A stretch of 64,000 bases of DNA from Euprymna scolopes (Eukaryota), in NCBI GenBank assembly GCA_053919585.1, contig CM132818.1. One strand, given 5' to 3'. Position 1 is the first letter of the stretch. Each line of letters starts with the position of its first letter. Made by a program: the position numbers and the translations under genes. This document shows positions 13,429-27,873 of this stretch, in pieces. The notes beneath the pieces were generated by a model. That model did no database searches, was not told where the DNA came from, and saw only the letters and a list, made by a program, of their open reading frames with translations.

Positions 13429-13530
13429 ACATACAGCGCTTGGTATTTTCAAATAGTTACCAATTTGGTAGTAATCAAGCTCAACATTGCTTAACATCAG
13501 TGATCTAACGAGAATCGGTTGATTATGTTG
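13429..13530 (-). pseudogene. Degenerate 5S rRNA-derived copy
   Basis: Minus strand ACCGATTCTCGTTAGATCACTGATGTTAAGCAATGTTGAGC..ATACCAAGCGCTGTATGT follows the metazoan 5S consensus with many substitutions. Confidence 0.7.
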
Positions 13531-15384
13531 TGTGGAGGCAAGTAAATCGGAACACACTCGGGGGTAAGTGTGAATGATGATGCAGAATGCCGAGCTAGGT
13601 GTGTCAGGTTCGAATCAAGTAGATTCCATAGCAGTCCTTTCACCCATGGATCTTAGTAACTTTAATCCGAGGCATTTTTTGTTTGTATTTATTTATTTAT
13701 TTTTATTCAGTCGAAGTTCTCAGAAATCAAGGAGCCCACTTCCTGGATTTGAACTCCATATGAGATACATAGATATTCGAATGTTCCATTAAAGTTCTTT
13801 ATCTCTCAAACACTGAGTTAATGAAGAAATTGAGAACATAATTTTCCTACGAATTAACCATTTTCATATGTTGTAGTATATCTTTCGTCTTGGTCTTACT
13901 GGATTCCAGGGCATGAATTTATCTAGTCTGGTGGAGTATCCAGCTTCGTACTATTACTGGAGGTAACATCACTTGTAAAAGCTAAGGTGTGTTATCCATA
14001 GTAAGGAAATCCTATTTGGACCGTGAATACTATGTGGTTTTGAATATTTGGTCAGGGTTTATTTCAATGGAAAAGTGTCCTCATGCCAGGTTGTCCTTAC
14101 AAACCCTTGTACAGAGAGACTTTAGACACTCGAGGATTGTATCTAGTAGGCATTCACGTTCTCTTCAAAATTGTGAGTATGCATGTGTGTAAGAGCGATA
14201 GACAGTCCCAGTCTTCGATCTTTATTCGAAGTATAGTATCTGTTTTCTCTTCGGTCAGAAGAACAGAAATCTTTCTCGACTAGGGCAAATTGTTATTTCG
14301 CAGTAAAGACTGGGAAGTTACTGCAGTAAAGTAGATAACAGTGCGTGATGACAAACTGGATGTGCCAACTTTGAATACGGTCGGTTTCAATGCATCACCC
14401 ACATTTACGGATGTTGGCAAACTTCATCTTTCTAGAAAGAATCTGTAATAAAACAATTTCGCCTAATAGAACTTTGCCAACCCCCAATTCATCAAATTTT
14501 AACTCATTCATCAATTCCAATCCTCTCATTATCTTCTTCATCATCCGACTCACAATCCATCCATCTCATTATCCCTTATCCTCTAGTGGCTTGATAAATG
14601 GGCAAGCCTTAATACTAAAAATATCAAGTCGGTCAAAACATCGTACGATGCAAGTTTATATTTATTAAAATGTGATGGTTTTATCTAATTTTACTCTCGA
14701 GAAGGTGGTGGGGGAGGGTATGATAACATAGACAGAGATCGACTAGATGAGAATAAGCAATATACTGGAAACGCGTGCAGATAATAAGGAGTGTAATTAA
14801 AATGCAATTCAAGTTTTCTCCCTTCCTTGAGCAGTTAATTTCAGTCGTAGTTTCATGCTTGTTCGCCTGCGTCTCTTCTGACACTTCGCACGCTAACGAA
14901 CGCTAACCCAAACACGAATGTACACGTTTCTTGATTTCTTTTCTTGTTAAGAAATGGAAACGCAATTTTCATTTTTTTTTCTTTTTTTTTTTTTCGGAAT
15001 TGTTTTGTTTTCCACCTGATAATAATAAATAAATAAAATAACCCTGTTTGTATTACGCAGCAGACTACGAAACCTGATCTATTCATCTTGTCTAGGTGTG
15101 GCCGCAAATTCTAATGTCGTATACGCAACCGAGCCTCAAGTGTAGCTAGCTCTTTCTCCCACGCCTCGTGTATAATTAATGTATTACAAGTAGGATGAGA
15201 ATCCGAACCGTGGCATACACCCTCGGCAGTCTTTGAGTTCAAATGCAAACCAGGTAGTGCATGCCACAAAAAATTAACAAATTCCTATTTCAAAACTTAT
15301 GGAATTGGAGGTCAAAGTTTATAGATAACGCTGTGTGATCTTTATTTGTTATTAGATCACCCGTGACTCGTTGGATAAATATTT

Positions 15385-15838
15385 TATAGATATCCTATTG
15401 CTATTAATATGATATTTTGATTAATTCAGATTTCGTATTTATTATTATATTATATTGGACCCAATATATACTAAACATTTTAAAAGTTTCAAAAAAAAAA
15501 AAAGATTCGTGCGCCACCACTGAGAATCGAAACCAAAACGCTAAGCTTACGTTTTTCATTTTTTCCTTTGACGTAAATGCCTGAGTTATGAAGACATATT
15601 TGCTGCAAGGCTAAAAATTAAAGCATGAACCAATCGCTATTATGTTAAGCATGCATATTCGTAATGCCGTCGTTCGACATTCACTTGGCAAATTCCATTT
15701 CTTTAATTTTCATACTCTTACACCGATTTTCCCCGAATAAAACCCAAATAAAATATTTTGCATGGGTTCAAATACCCTATATATTAAGTTTCATGTCGGT
15801 AGACCAATAAACGACAGGAGTTTGCTAGGAAATTTTTA

Positions 15839-15920
<82 letters not shown>

Positions 15921-16250
15921 GTATACATAAATATATATTGAAAAAAACTTGTGTTTCCTATAACCATTTTACACAAAAATTACGCAAGTATAAATCATGT
16001 AGAATATCGGCATCATATAAAAATACGTAATAGTTAACTAAAGATGATCATCTCAAAAGAAAACCGAAAAAAACTAATAGTTAATTAATTAAAATGAATG
16101 TTTAAAAGAATATGCAAATTAGCTAGATTTTTTTGGCAGATGAATGCAATTCCACGACCCATATATAACAAAGTATTTTCTTTTTCAATGAATAGAAAAA
16201 AGGCTTTTAATATGAATAGTAATACACACACAAAAATTATAGGAGTATGT
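15385..16250 (-). mobile_element. Helitron-family copy homologous to 33839-34650
   Basis: Shared GCAGATTTCGT..GGACCCAATATA..GAGAATCGAAACCAAAACG..GACAGGAGTTTGCTAGG..AAAGATGATCATC blocks; shorter copies at ~267-440, ~4876-5070, ~21240-21320, ~22700-22870. Confidence 0.65.
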
Positions 16251-16255
16251 ATATG

Positions 16256-16317
<62 letters not shown>

Positions 16318-16321
<4 letters not shown>

Positions 16322-18254
16322 ATAAAGCTGAACGTCTGTGTGTGTGTCTGGTCACGAATAGGCTCCAATATGGTTGACTATTTTAAAAAACTGATTACAT
16401 ATAATGATAGATGTATCGAGACACAGGAATGGATATGTTTGATCTGGCAGACCGGTGGTTCATAAAAATTGTGGGGTTTTCGTTCGCGCGTGTCCCCCAA
16501 AGTAGGGAAATAAAAATGAAAAAAAAAAAAAAACCGTTTACAAGGGTTTTTGATATAGATGTACATAAGAATACTTTGATAAGTATGTTTCAACTTAAAT
16601 AGGGATGGTATAATAACATTGTGGGGTCTGCGTTCGCTCCTGTACTTCATAGAAATATGGCAAAAACTTTTCATATCTATTTGCATAAGTATACTTTGAT
16701 AATTGTTTCAGTTTGAAGAAATATGGTATAATAAAATTATGGGGTGTTCGTTCGCGCCTAACCTCCATAGAATGTAAATATGTCACAAAGTTTAACATGG
16801 TTTTTTAAAAGGGGTGAGGGTCCATAATAACAACTTAACTTTAATCTTAATTCACGTTAGCTTTTATTTATTTTTTTTAGTTGAATCATATTGTGTCGAA
16901 TAAATTCACCTTATAAATTAACGTTCTTATTAAAGTGAAAGCCCTCCCCCCAAAAAATGTCGGAACTTTAGAAAATTCTCGACACAAATTTTGCATAACT
17001 CTATTTTTTTCCTTCTCCACTTGCACGTGACACTCTTTCGAAAATGGATAAATAGATAAATAATAAAAAATAAGAACGTCACTTGTTATCATGTCAAAAG
17101 AAGGAAAAATCCTGCTCACGTGATTACGTGTCTTTTTAAAAAGATTTACATAACCTTTTTATTTTTATTTATATATCTGTTTAAGCTTTTTTGTCAGTGT
17201 ACTAGAAGAAATTCAGTTAATTACAACCCTTTCTGCGTGTTCTTTACATTACAATAGTACAACCCTGAATCCGACGGCGCAATACTACACCATCAATACT
17301 GTAAAATTGAAACGATGCTGGTCTGCCTGAAAAGGGCGCCATTTTCTTCTTATTCATATTTATATGTATTCTTTGCTTTAAAAATCTAAAGTAATTACGT
17401 GTTTACTTTTTTTAATATCCCATTTTGCTGTTTCGAATTATTTTACTAAAGTTTCATTATTTTTCAAAACTGTTTTTGTTTCTTTGTTTTTCGATATTTC
17501 GTCGATATTATTTAGTAGGAGTGTTTAGCTGAAAAGCCAACAGACGACTACCCGAAAAATAAATATACAAGAAATAAATGTTACCATAGTCAATAAAAGT
17601 TCAGTTCATGTTTTTTTTGTTTTGAAATAGTTTTTAATGCTCTTTACTTGAAATAATTTCAGCGAACCGAAATTAAAACGAAATTTGAGACGATAACTAC
17701 TTAAATGAATTTTTATATAAACTACACGTGTCATAATCAAATATTCCACGAGCACAAAATAACGGAAAACATTAAAATATGCTTATAAATATTCCTTACG
17801 TTGACGGAACTTTCTTAAATTGTTAACCCAGAATGCTCAGGTGTCCCTCCTTCAAATTAAAAACGGGGCTCCTAATTTCAAAGTCGCTGCCATTTTGAGT
17901 TTTTTTTAAACCGGTTTCTGAATTAAAAATCATTTTTTTTTTTTACAAACTACTTAAAAATACAAACCAATGAACTTTTCTACCATAAAAGTAACTTTTA
18001 TTGACTATGGTAACATTTATTTCTTGTATATTTATATTATTATATATATAACATTTTCTCTTTGTAAGGAAACAATTTTGTTGGTCACTCTTGGCTACGT
18101 TTGGAAACAAAATTGATATAAAAAAATATATTTTCGCGAAAATTATCTTTACTTTCATCATATTTTGCCTAGGATAAAAATTTTTTAGTACCAAAACCTA
18201 TCTCTTTACAACCCCCTCGTTTTCATAAACTATCATACTTTCATCAATCACAGT

Positions 18255-18260
<6 letters not shown>
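16318..18260 (+). mobile_element. Non-autonomous Helitron (homolog of 33080-33767), interrupted by other inserts
   Basis: Begins ATAAAGCTGAACGTCTGTGTGTGTGTCTGGTCACG after (TA)n; ~120 bp internal subrepeats; 16380-16800 and 18215-18258 match 33080-33720. Confidence 0.65.
17530..18100. repeat. Inverted-repeat (foldback) element nested in Helitron
   Basis: ATATACAAGAAATAAATGTTACCATAGTCAATAAAAGTT (~17563) versus its reverse complement (~17993-18031). Confidence 0.65.
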
Positions 18261-18339
<79 letters not shown>

Positions 18340-18342
<3 letters not shown>

Positions 18343-18550
18343 GGGGGGCCCAAAACTAATGCTACCTATCTTTCCAGAATAGATCAGGAGATTGCAAATT
18401 GCATTGTTATGATGACTGCGCTTATCCATTCATGACCTGAAAGTTTCATCTCTCTGTTGCAGATGTTGACGGTGCGAGACTCTAAGAAAGCACCCCTTGC
18501 AATGGATGTGCGTCAGAAACAGATGCGTCATTGAATTCATGACAAAAGTG
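18340..18550 (+). pseudogene. 5' end fragment of a mariner element
   Basis: TIR-like start after (TA)n; ATGGATGTGCGTCAGAAACAG..GTCATTGAATTC = MDVRQKQ..VIEF, a mariner N-terminus. Confidence 0.5.
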
Positions 18551-18649
18551 CATTGGTGATTACGCAAAAAAAATAAATTCCGTAGCAAAAATAAAACAAA
18601 AAAAAATTATTTTAATAGTACGAGTTTCGTTTTTGTATAGAAACAAACC

Positions 18650-18723
<74 letters not shown>

Positions 18724-18960
18724 AAAATTAAGGAAAATCAAAGGGTTGTAGTGTTTACCTGGTATACGCAATGGTAAACTTCAAACTAATATCAATAACA
18801 GTATNNNNNNNNNNNNNNNNNNNNNNNNNNNNNNNNNNNNNNNNNNNNNNNNNNNNNNNNNNNNNNNNNNNNNNNNNNNNNNNNNNNNNNNNNNNNNNNN
18901 NNNNNNNNNNNNNNNNNNNNNNNNNNNNNNNNNNNNNNNNNNNNNNNNNNNNNNNNNNNN

Positions 18961-19962
18961 GTGATCCGGTTTTTGTATTTGAAAGGACGCACACCACAGG
19001 AGACTTTTGATGAAATGAAATAAACTTATGGTGATAATGCCGCATCATATGACCTTGTAAAACGCTGGCATTGTGAATTCAAACATGGCCGGAAGTCTGT
19101 GGAAACAGTTCCCAAGCCTGGTCGCCCCCCTTCTGCCATTGATGAGGCATCTGTCCGTCAAGTTGAGGCTGCCATATTGGAAGATCGGCGCATTACTATT
19201 CGCCAAATAGCTCAAGATGTCAAGAATAGTATAGGGTCTATGGAAACTATCATTCATGACCATTTGCATATGCATAAGGTGTCTGCCAGATGGATTCCCA
19301 GGTTGCTCACACCATTCCAGAAGCGAGAACGTGCCGAGTGCTCGAGGATGAATTTGGAGATGTGCCAAGAAGATGAGTCAAAGTTTTTCAAAAGACTGAT
19401 TACACAGGATGAAACCTGGGTCCATCACTATGATCCAGAGACCAAAGCCCAGTCAATGCAGTGGAAGCCCTTGGACTCATCACCTTCAAAGAAGGCAAGG
19501 GTGCAGCCCTCCGCTGGCAAGGTCATGCTCACAGTCTTCTGGGACCAGGACGGAGTAGTGATGACAGATTTTCTGGCAAAGGGTACCACAATTACAGGAG
19601 CCTATTATGCTTCAGTTTTGAGGAAATTAAGGGAAGCTATCAAAATCAAGAGGCGGGGCAAGATCAGCAAAGGTACTCTCCTCCTGCAGGACAACGCTCC
19701 GGTCCACAACTCGCATGTCGTCAGATCAGAAGCACGGGCGTGTGGTTATGAAATTCTTCCCCATCCTCCCTACTCTCCTGATCTTGCACCCTCTGACTTT
19801 CACCTCTTCCCATCCATGTAGTTGTTTTTAATAGGAAAGCGTTTCCCAGATGATGCAGCCTTGATTTTTTAAGTCACGTCGTGGTTGTAGGAGCAACCTG
19901 GGGTGTTCTACAAAAACGGTCTCTAAAGCTGCATCAGACGATGGGAGAAATGCATAACATTG
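18961..19962 (+). pseudogene. Mariner (DD34D, irritans-like) transposase pseudogene; includes ORF 19099-19821
   Basis: VIRFLYLKG..VKRW HTH, WIPRLL, TQDETW, QDNAPVH, HPPYSPDLAPSDFHLFP; in-frame stops at 19021, 19819 and later; ends RWEKCI. Confidence 0.95.
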
Positions 19963-21169
19963 CACAATTTTCTTATGTCAATTCAAATTCGGCCGAAAAG
20001 CTGCTGAAATAATTCGTGATGTTAAAGAAGCTTTTGGACCAGGAACCAATACTGAACGCGCTGTACAATGGTGGTTTAAGAAATTTTGTGGCGGCGACGA
20101 GAGTCTTAGAAGATGAGCATAATGGTTTGGCCATCGGATGTTGAAACAATCAATTTAGAGCCTTAGTCGAAGCCAATCCACGCACAATTCACGAATTGAA
20201 CGACAACCAAAAAAAACGCTTTTATGAAGTGCCATCTTCCCTTCTTTTACGCAACAAGAACGACCGGTTTCTTGACCACGTTGTGACTTACGCTTAAAAG
20301 TGGTTTCTTCACGAAAATCGGCGATGCTCAGCGCAATAGTTAGACGCCGATGAAGCAAGAGTTGCAGCAAAAGTAGGTTATACTGACTGTTTGATGGTCT
20401 GTAAACGGTCTCATCTATTACAGATTTCTGAATGCAGACGATACCGTAACGGCGGAAATATACTGTCAACAAATGGATGAAATGCACTAGAAATTTCGAC
20501 AACATCCAGTATTGGTCAACAGGAAAGGCCCAATTCTCCTACACGACAATGCCCGACCGCACATTGCTAATCCAATGCTGCGGATATTGAACAAATTAAG
20601 CTACGAAACTCTGCCTCATCCGTCATACTCTCCAGACCTCTCACCTATCGACTACCACTTTCTCAAGCATTTCGACAACTTTCTGTGTGAGAAATGCTTA
20701 AAAAATCTACGCAATATCAAAAACGCCTTAGATCTGCACGCTAGTGGAACCCTCTTTGGTTTCCATGCTTTGCAGCTGACTAAAATATTGTAGTCTTAAG
20801 TCTTCAAGTCCAACGTAAACAAATTCTTGATTAGTCGTTCCTTAAAGTAATCCAATTTACCAAATCTCCACTACTCACGATTACTACGATATTGTCCCAT
20901 TAACTACTGTACACTCATTAACCCTTATCCTCGAGTGGCCTTCTGCCCAAGATAAGTGGTTTCGCTTTTGTAAAAAGAAAAAAAGCGACTTCATCGCTAC
21001 CAGAACACAATATTTTCATGTTAGTACCATAAATACACTTGTTTTGCGTTGACAAAAGTGCGTTGATTCTAAAGGCTCTTGTTTCAATCAATAAATTTTT
21101 GTTTAAGACAAGATATATTGATTTGAATCTAAAAGTTAAAACCCGTAAGAACTTTCTTGTCAACCTGAT

Positions 21170-21170
<1 letters not shown>
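19963..21170 (+). pseudogene. Second mariner (cecropia/Hsmar1-like), frameshifted, with insertion ~20730-20985 and 3' TIR
   Basis: QFKFGRKAAE..VQWWFKKF..DESL; LLHDNARPH; HPSYSPDLSPIDYHF; terminal AAAACCCGTAAGAACTTTCTTGTCAACCTGAT. Confidence 0.9.
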
Positions 21171-21235
<65 letters not shown>

Positions 21236-21759
21236 TAGTGTAGGCAACTGGCCTTGCCAGGTTATAAAATACGCTTAAATATATTTTAATTCATGCAGAT
21301 TTCGTATTTATTATTACAGAGCCAGTTAATACAATTTATTAATACGGAAATTTAAATTTCATTTACTTTACCTGAAAATTCAAAATGGCGTAATAAAAGA
21401 TAAAATGAAAGGTAATTGCAATTTCTCTTCCAATTTTCGAATTTTTAATCATCCCAAATGCATTTTATTTTCTTTTTGACGGCTTGATAGTTGCTATTTC
21501 TTCTGACGAGTAAAGAGCAAAATAGATTCATTGATTGATATAATGATTAAATGAATGATTTTATGCTACGAAACAGTTGCTGTCAAGAATTGTGAATGTC
21601 AATGTAATTAAAGGAATAAATTGTAAGATGGTCAACATAATGAAATTTGGAATATGTCATTTGTTTGTTATATGCTATGTATTTACATTGAGCTTCATAA
21701 ATTAAGGATTAGTTTAAAAAAGGTGAAATATAATTGAAAAAAAAAACATATTTCCACAG

Positions 21760-21800
<41 letters not shown>

Positions 21801-22130
21801 ACCTGTCATTTTTTAACGATGTATATTTTATGCATGTAAATACATTTTTAAAAGTATTTGAATAAAAATAGTAAAATATTTAATAAATAAAACATAATAA
21901 AATGAATGAAAATATGTCCCGTCAAAAAAAAAAAAAAAAAAAAAAGAAAAAAAGGCCGACGTAAAAAGCGAAAATTAAAGAGAGGTAACTTCTCTCTCTT
22001 CACCGCTTAGGAAACGAAAATTAAAATACAAAAATAATCAACGATTTAAAACCTACTTGATAATCGCAAAAATTATAAAATAATAAGATCTTATATTTAA
22101 GCAATACAAAATTCTGCATATATCGGACAA

Positions 22131-22200
22131 GGGTTCGTAGTTCATTGGTAAGACGCTAGACTGCAGTGGCATGGAGGGAAGTTCAATCCTTATTGACGGT
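22131..22200 (+). pseudogene. tRNA-derived SINE head / tRNA pseudogene
   Basis: A-box-like TAGTTCATTGG, CTGCAG anticodon-loop-like, B-box-like GTTCAATCC; acceptor stem not intact. Confidence 0.5.
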
Positions 22201-22288
22201 TGGTCAATGCGGATGCCGAGTTAAACCCAGAAACGCGTGCCCATTGATAAAATTTTAGGCGCGTAATCATATAAATAGAAATAATCAT

Positions 22289-22335
<47 letters not shown>

Positions 22336-22587
22336 GTTAAAAGTCCACGTATGCTTCTAGGATAGTGATTTAAAGGTTATGAGGGTATTTTGAGGCATGA
22401 AAAACAATGTTAGTTTTTGTATTTAATATTTTTATTGTTATTTTTTATATTTCAAGCGGACCTCCGCTCTCGGTCACAAAAAGTATCGATACTTTTTTGT
22501 GAAAAACAACAGTAAAAATATTAAATACAAAAAGTAACATCGTTTTTCATGCGTCAAAAAAACCTCATAACCTTTAAATCAATATAT

Positions 22588-22636
<49 letters not shown>

Positions 22637-23654
22637 TATAGATAGATAGATAGATAGATAGATATAGATATAGATTTAGATAGATAGATATATTACGAGT
22701 GGAGGATGCGACTTTACCCGTTCGTAAAATACGCTTAAATATCATATTTTAATTTGTCCAGATTTCGTATATATTATTATAGAGTCGTGATCTCAAAAGT
22801 AAAAAAAAAGTATTTAGGAGCCATCAGCTAGAATCGAAACCGAAACTGTAGCATTCAAAGCTGGTCACGTTACCACTCTACGAACGAGGCACGTATATAA
22901 CCCGATTCAAAATTAAAAATTAACTAAAATGAATGTACAAAATGTTTAACGATTTCTTTTGTTTTTCAATTTTGACCTATTTGACCCGTTAAAAACAGTA
23001 GTAGTAGTAGTAGTAGTAGTAGTAGCAGTAGGTTAATTGGCATTTACAATCAATTGGAGGGATAGCATAAAATAATCATACGTTTTAAAATTAACGCTCA
23101 CGGTGTATCTTCCTTCATTAGTCGACTAAATTAGACGTAGGTGTATCTCACCATAGACCAAATCATTAAATTAAGTCTTATTCTCTTTAATTAACTACGG
23201 GATCCCCATGGGATGTGCTAGTTTGGTTAAGTTGCTTAATCGGATGTCGATGCGCGTAGCCATCGGCACAGAGGCGTCATTGCGCAGTCTCGCTTTAGTT
23301 GTTAGCATCCGTTTTGCAGGGAATTTTGCAGGAAACCCAACAAACGCTTACACTTAACGAATATCTATGCACTTTGGGAAAGCGACAAAATAATTAAGGG
23401 GATATAGTTTTTCGCGATCCCTTAAGAATACGTTTAAAAGTGCATGGGTTAGGTCTCAAAATACCCCCAATGTATTTTTTCTACACATCTAGGGCGAACA
23501 CTTATTTTAACATAAAGCTGATACAACTAAAGTAATGAACTTTTTTTAATTATTATTTGTGGGATTCATGACAATATAAAAACATAGTTGGTGTTATTCG
23601 AATTATTCAGGCTACTATTCTCATTTGGGATATCATTCTCGTAATAAAAGCACG

Positions 23655-23764
23655 TTATGATCACGTTGACACACCGGTTCTCGCCAGATAACTGAAGTTA
23701 AGGCAACGATAAATCTGATCAGTACCAGATGGGTGGCCATAAGAGAATACTACGCGTTGTATAG
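23655..23764 (+). pseudogene. 5S rRNA-derived copy
   Basis: CACGTTGACACACCGGTTCTCGCCAGATAACTGAAGTTAAG..AGTACCAGATGGGTGGCC..GAATAC..GTTGTA. Confidence 0.8.
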
Positions 23765-24609
23765 ATGGCGGGGCAGCATTATTGTCCAAGGAAAATTTAG
23801 GTACCTCCTTCCCTCTACACCCCCCGCTACTCTGTGGGAGACCCCTAGGCAAAGTCGAAAAATCACCACCACCACCCCCGATTTGGGCAATGTGAGGTCA
23901 TTGAAAAAACAGGTCACTGATATAATAAGCAAGCACTGATTGGACAGAAAGAAACTGCAACCTACCGTCTGCATAACTGCAGAGAAAGTTATGGCAATAC
24001 ATTAAAATACTTCCGAGAAACAGCGTGAATTGGTTCTGAATAATGAGCAACAATGAATTCATGAATGGCTTGTGGGAGAGAGATCGATCGGGAATCATAG
24101 ACGTCAATGCCTGTACCAGGCTGTACACCACTTAAATAAAAGGTTCCGGCTGATGTAATTTCTGACCTTCTTCGGGTGCACCTTTTAAAATTTGGTAATC
24201 TTTATTAAAAAAAACAACAAAAAAAAACGCTACTATTTCTGCCCAATGGCGACATGAATTTTGACGTTTTTTTTCGTTTTGTTTTTTTCTTTTTTCACAA
24301 CCCTGTAATCTTAAGAAGTACGTATTCTTCCTATTAGCAGTATCCTTGCAAACAAAGAAAAACTTCGAAAAACGCGACCAGTTCACTGACAAAACAGGAA
24401 AATCTTTCTTCTTTGCCACCTGTCATTTCGAATTTCCTATTCGGGATGTCATATCCTAAGTTTCAGACAAAAAAAAAAAAAAATGAAGCTCGATTTTACA
24501 TATGAGCATCACATTGCTGTAACACCAGTTTGTTGGATTAAAGAATTTGGAGATCATGCACACACGCACAAATTCCAAGTTAGCAGAGAACAAAGAAAAA
24601 CGAAGAACA

Positions 24610-25186
24610 CATATTGACGTGCCCAGAGTGATGAAAACAAAGTTTCCGGCCACAGTTATGGTCTTTGATGTGGGTTTAAGTGAGGGCAACATCATGCCAA
24701 CTTACAGCTTCGAAGTTGACTTGAAAGGCAATACCAAAGTGTACCTGGATGTGCCGCAGAGTGTGATGATCCCCTGCTGCAATTAGGTGACCGTTAACAA
24801 ACCGTGGGTGTGGCAGCAGGACTCGGCACCGGCCCACAAGTTCAAGACCCAGGCTTGGCTTCAGAAGGAGTGCGACGATTTTGTACACTTCTCACACTGG
24901 CCTCCTCCTCCCCCGGGACTACTTCGTTTAGTCATACGCCGAGAACATCACCAACGTGACCTCCGACAACACAAAAGCCAGCCTAATCCCCAGCATCCAC
25001 CGAATATTTGCCGAGCTCCCGCCAGAGTTTGTGGAAAAGGCATGCTCCCGGTTCAGGACCGAATTAAGGCTGAAGGCAACTACATAATCAAGTTATTTGA
25101 ATTGATTATTTTTTCAATAAAAGTTTTAAAATAAAACTGTAGTGGTGTTTTCTTTGGGGCGATATTTTTATCGTTCCAGCCTGTAC
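24610..25186 (+). pseudogene. Tc1/mariner (maT/DD37D-like) transposase 3' remnant
   Basis: KTKFPATVMVF..SEG..MP and PWVWQQDSAPAHK..QAWL..WPP motifs; ends CAGCCTGTA. Confidence 0.75.
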
Positions 25187-26879
25187 TTTCACTAACAATA
25201 GCTTCTGTAAACACGTTTGAATTAGAATTGATCACACATCTGCAACTATGATATCATATGGAACTTCATACAAATCATACTGACGCAAGTAAGAATANNN
25301 NNNNNNNNNNNNNNNNNNNNNNNNNNNNNNNNNNNNNNNNNNNNNNNNNNNNNNNNNNNNNNNNNNNNNNNNNNNNNNNNNNNNNNNNNNNNNNNNNNNN
25401 NNNNNNNNNNNNNNNNNNNNNNNNNNNNNNNNNNNNNNCTTATTCATTTTCTTGCTTCAGGCAAGAACTGCCTGATGTAGCTGTCATAGTCATTGTTGAC
25501 CCGAATACTTTCAAATCCTTCTGGATCCATCGTCAGGGATAATTTAAAAGGGTGTTATATTGTTTATGATATTCTACCTTTCAAGTTTTGGTATAAAGAA
25601 TCCGGACTCATTTACGAGTTGGAAATGGATGAAGTCATTTCACACACACACACACCCCGCAAAGTATAGAGAAGTTGAAATAGGGGTCGTCATTGAGAAA
25701 AGTTGAGAACCATTCTACTAGATTTGGGTGGGTGGGGGGCACCCTACTATTTAAGGACTAACCTTCGGAACTCCCTCTTTTTAGCATTTAAAGCTAAAAG
25801 TAGCCCGGTACTGCTGTCTGAAAATACAGGCTTTCTGACCTAAAATACGCCAAACACTAATGTTATTGTTTTCCCCCTTTGCAAAATTCAGTCATGTCAA
25901 AGTCAAAAACAAAATGACAGCTTTCTTATGAAAAGAAAGGCAAACCAAACACCATGAATAAATATTTGATGATATAAAGAACTTAGAGCATAAAAACTTT
26001 TTCCAAATTTAGTGAATTCGGCATTAAATGACCTGAAAATGGTTGATATGCCGTAAAATTAAACAACCAAATCAAATGAAACTTCATAAGTAAATATTTT
26101 AAAATATAAAAAAAACTTGAAATATGGATACGTTTTCATTTATTGAGAATGTCGGACTGACTTCCTCATCTTGGTTGTTATAGTCACAACGTTTCGGCCG
26201 TTTTGCACTCCGTTTTATCAAAATTACTTGTTTTGGTATTAACCCTAAAAGAGTTGATATGCCGTAAAACAAAATAGTCAAACCAAACTAAAAGTATATC
26301 ATCGTCTGCCTTGTAGTTTTTAGAAGATGGTAGCTTGGGAGTGAAGGAAGAAATAGGTAGAGGTCGCCATTCAACCTTTTTGAAGTCTTCTTCTTCTTCT
26401 TCTTCTTCTTCTTCTTCTAAAAACAAACGTCACGTGATAGAATCCTACGGATTCTGGTATTATCTCAACTCATCTAATAAGGAATGAAGCCAGAAGCCCA
26501 GAAGAGTCCCGATATCAGTTCTTATCAGATAATAAATAAATAAATGAATAAATAGAATAAAACCTTTTAAGACAGGACATCATTTCGGGAGGGGAAAGAG
26601 GGTTATTTACTTTTAGCCTTTTTTTTTTCTTTTTTTTTTTTAGCGTAATTTTATTTTCCTCTAAATCTCAATCGTCACGTTTTGTTTATTTACTCTTTCG
26701 ATCTCCATTCGCCACCCTCCAAACCCTTTCCAGAAACTNNNNNNNNNNNNNNNNNNNNNNNNNNNNNNNNNNNNNNNNNNNNNNNNNNNNNNNNNNNNNN
26801 NNNNNNNNNNNNNNNNNNNNNNNNNNNNNNNNNNNNNNNNNNNNNNNNNNNNNNNNNNNNNNNNNNNNNNNNNNNNNNG

Positions 26880-27004
26880 TCTATCTGTCTGCTCCACTAT
26901 TTTTTCTCTTTCACCTCCCACTCTTTCATTGGCTAACTTTTTTGCACAGTCACTCTCTCTTTCGCTCTCTCGCTCGCTCTCATGCACGCACTATCTGTCT
27001 CCCT

Positions 27005-27046
<42 letters not shown>

Positions 27047-27440
27047 TAGCACTTTTTTTCTCCCTTTCTCTGTCACTTTCTCTGTGTTTGAGAGAGGGGC
27101 GACGTCACTTTCTGTTTCTTTGTTATTCTCTCTCTAATGTCTGTCCCTCTCTCTCTCTCTATCTCTCTCTATCTCTCTTTCTCTCTCTCTCTCTCAATAT
27201 CTCTTTTCATCTCTCTTACACTATCTCTTACTCTGTCTCTCGCTCTGTATGTTTAAATGTCTGCCTATGTGTCTCAAGCACAATGTTTCGCCTTCAGTCT
27301 GTCTGTCTGTCTGTCTCTCTGTCTCTCTCTCTCTTTCCCTCTTTCTCAAACACACACACAATATTCCTCGCATAACTATTCCCTATCTTTCTCTCTTTCA
27401 CACTTACTCTCTTTTTTCTCTATCTCATTTTCCTCCTTTG
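26880..27440. repeat. CT-rich low-complexity/microsatellite region
   Basis: Degenerate (CT)n and (CTGT)n. Confidence 0.9.
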
Positions 27441-27678
27441 TTTTAGTCTTTTATTAGCTCCATACCCGCCATCGTTGCATTCCTATTTATTCTTTCAATT
27501 TCCAGGAAATATGGGACAAAGACTAACGAAGTTTTACTAAAGAAATATATACCCCCCATGGGTCGAGGGCTGCATCAGGGTCACGTGTTAATTTTGTCCA
27601 TCAATTTAATGTCTGCACAAAACGTATCCAATTAGCATCGAATAAAAATTCAATAGTTCATTCGAAGTTTACGACTAT

Positions 27679-27771
<93 letters not shown>

Positions 27772-27873
27772 CTACTTAATTTACTCACATAAAATTAATA
27801 TACGAAAGTATAGATTTATGCGTAAACTTTAAGTATTTACTTCAAGAGTGCTCAATACGTAGGTAGAGCTAGT

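Noticed and set aside
19099-19821. 240 aa ORF as an active or domesticated transposase (SETMAR-like)
   Set aside because: It is an internal stretch between nonsense codons (19021, 19819); the N-terminal HTH and C-terminus are interrupted and there is no SET domain
22131-22200. Functional tRNA-Cys
   Set aside because: Cloverleaf stems do not pair; treated as a SINE head or pseudogene
26929-27457. ORFs of 148, 65 and 66 aa
   Set aside because: Translations of (CT)n low-complexity sequence
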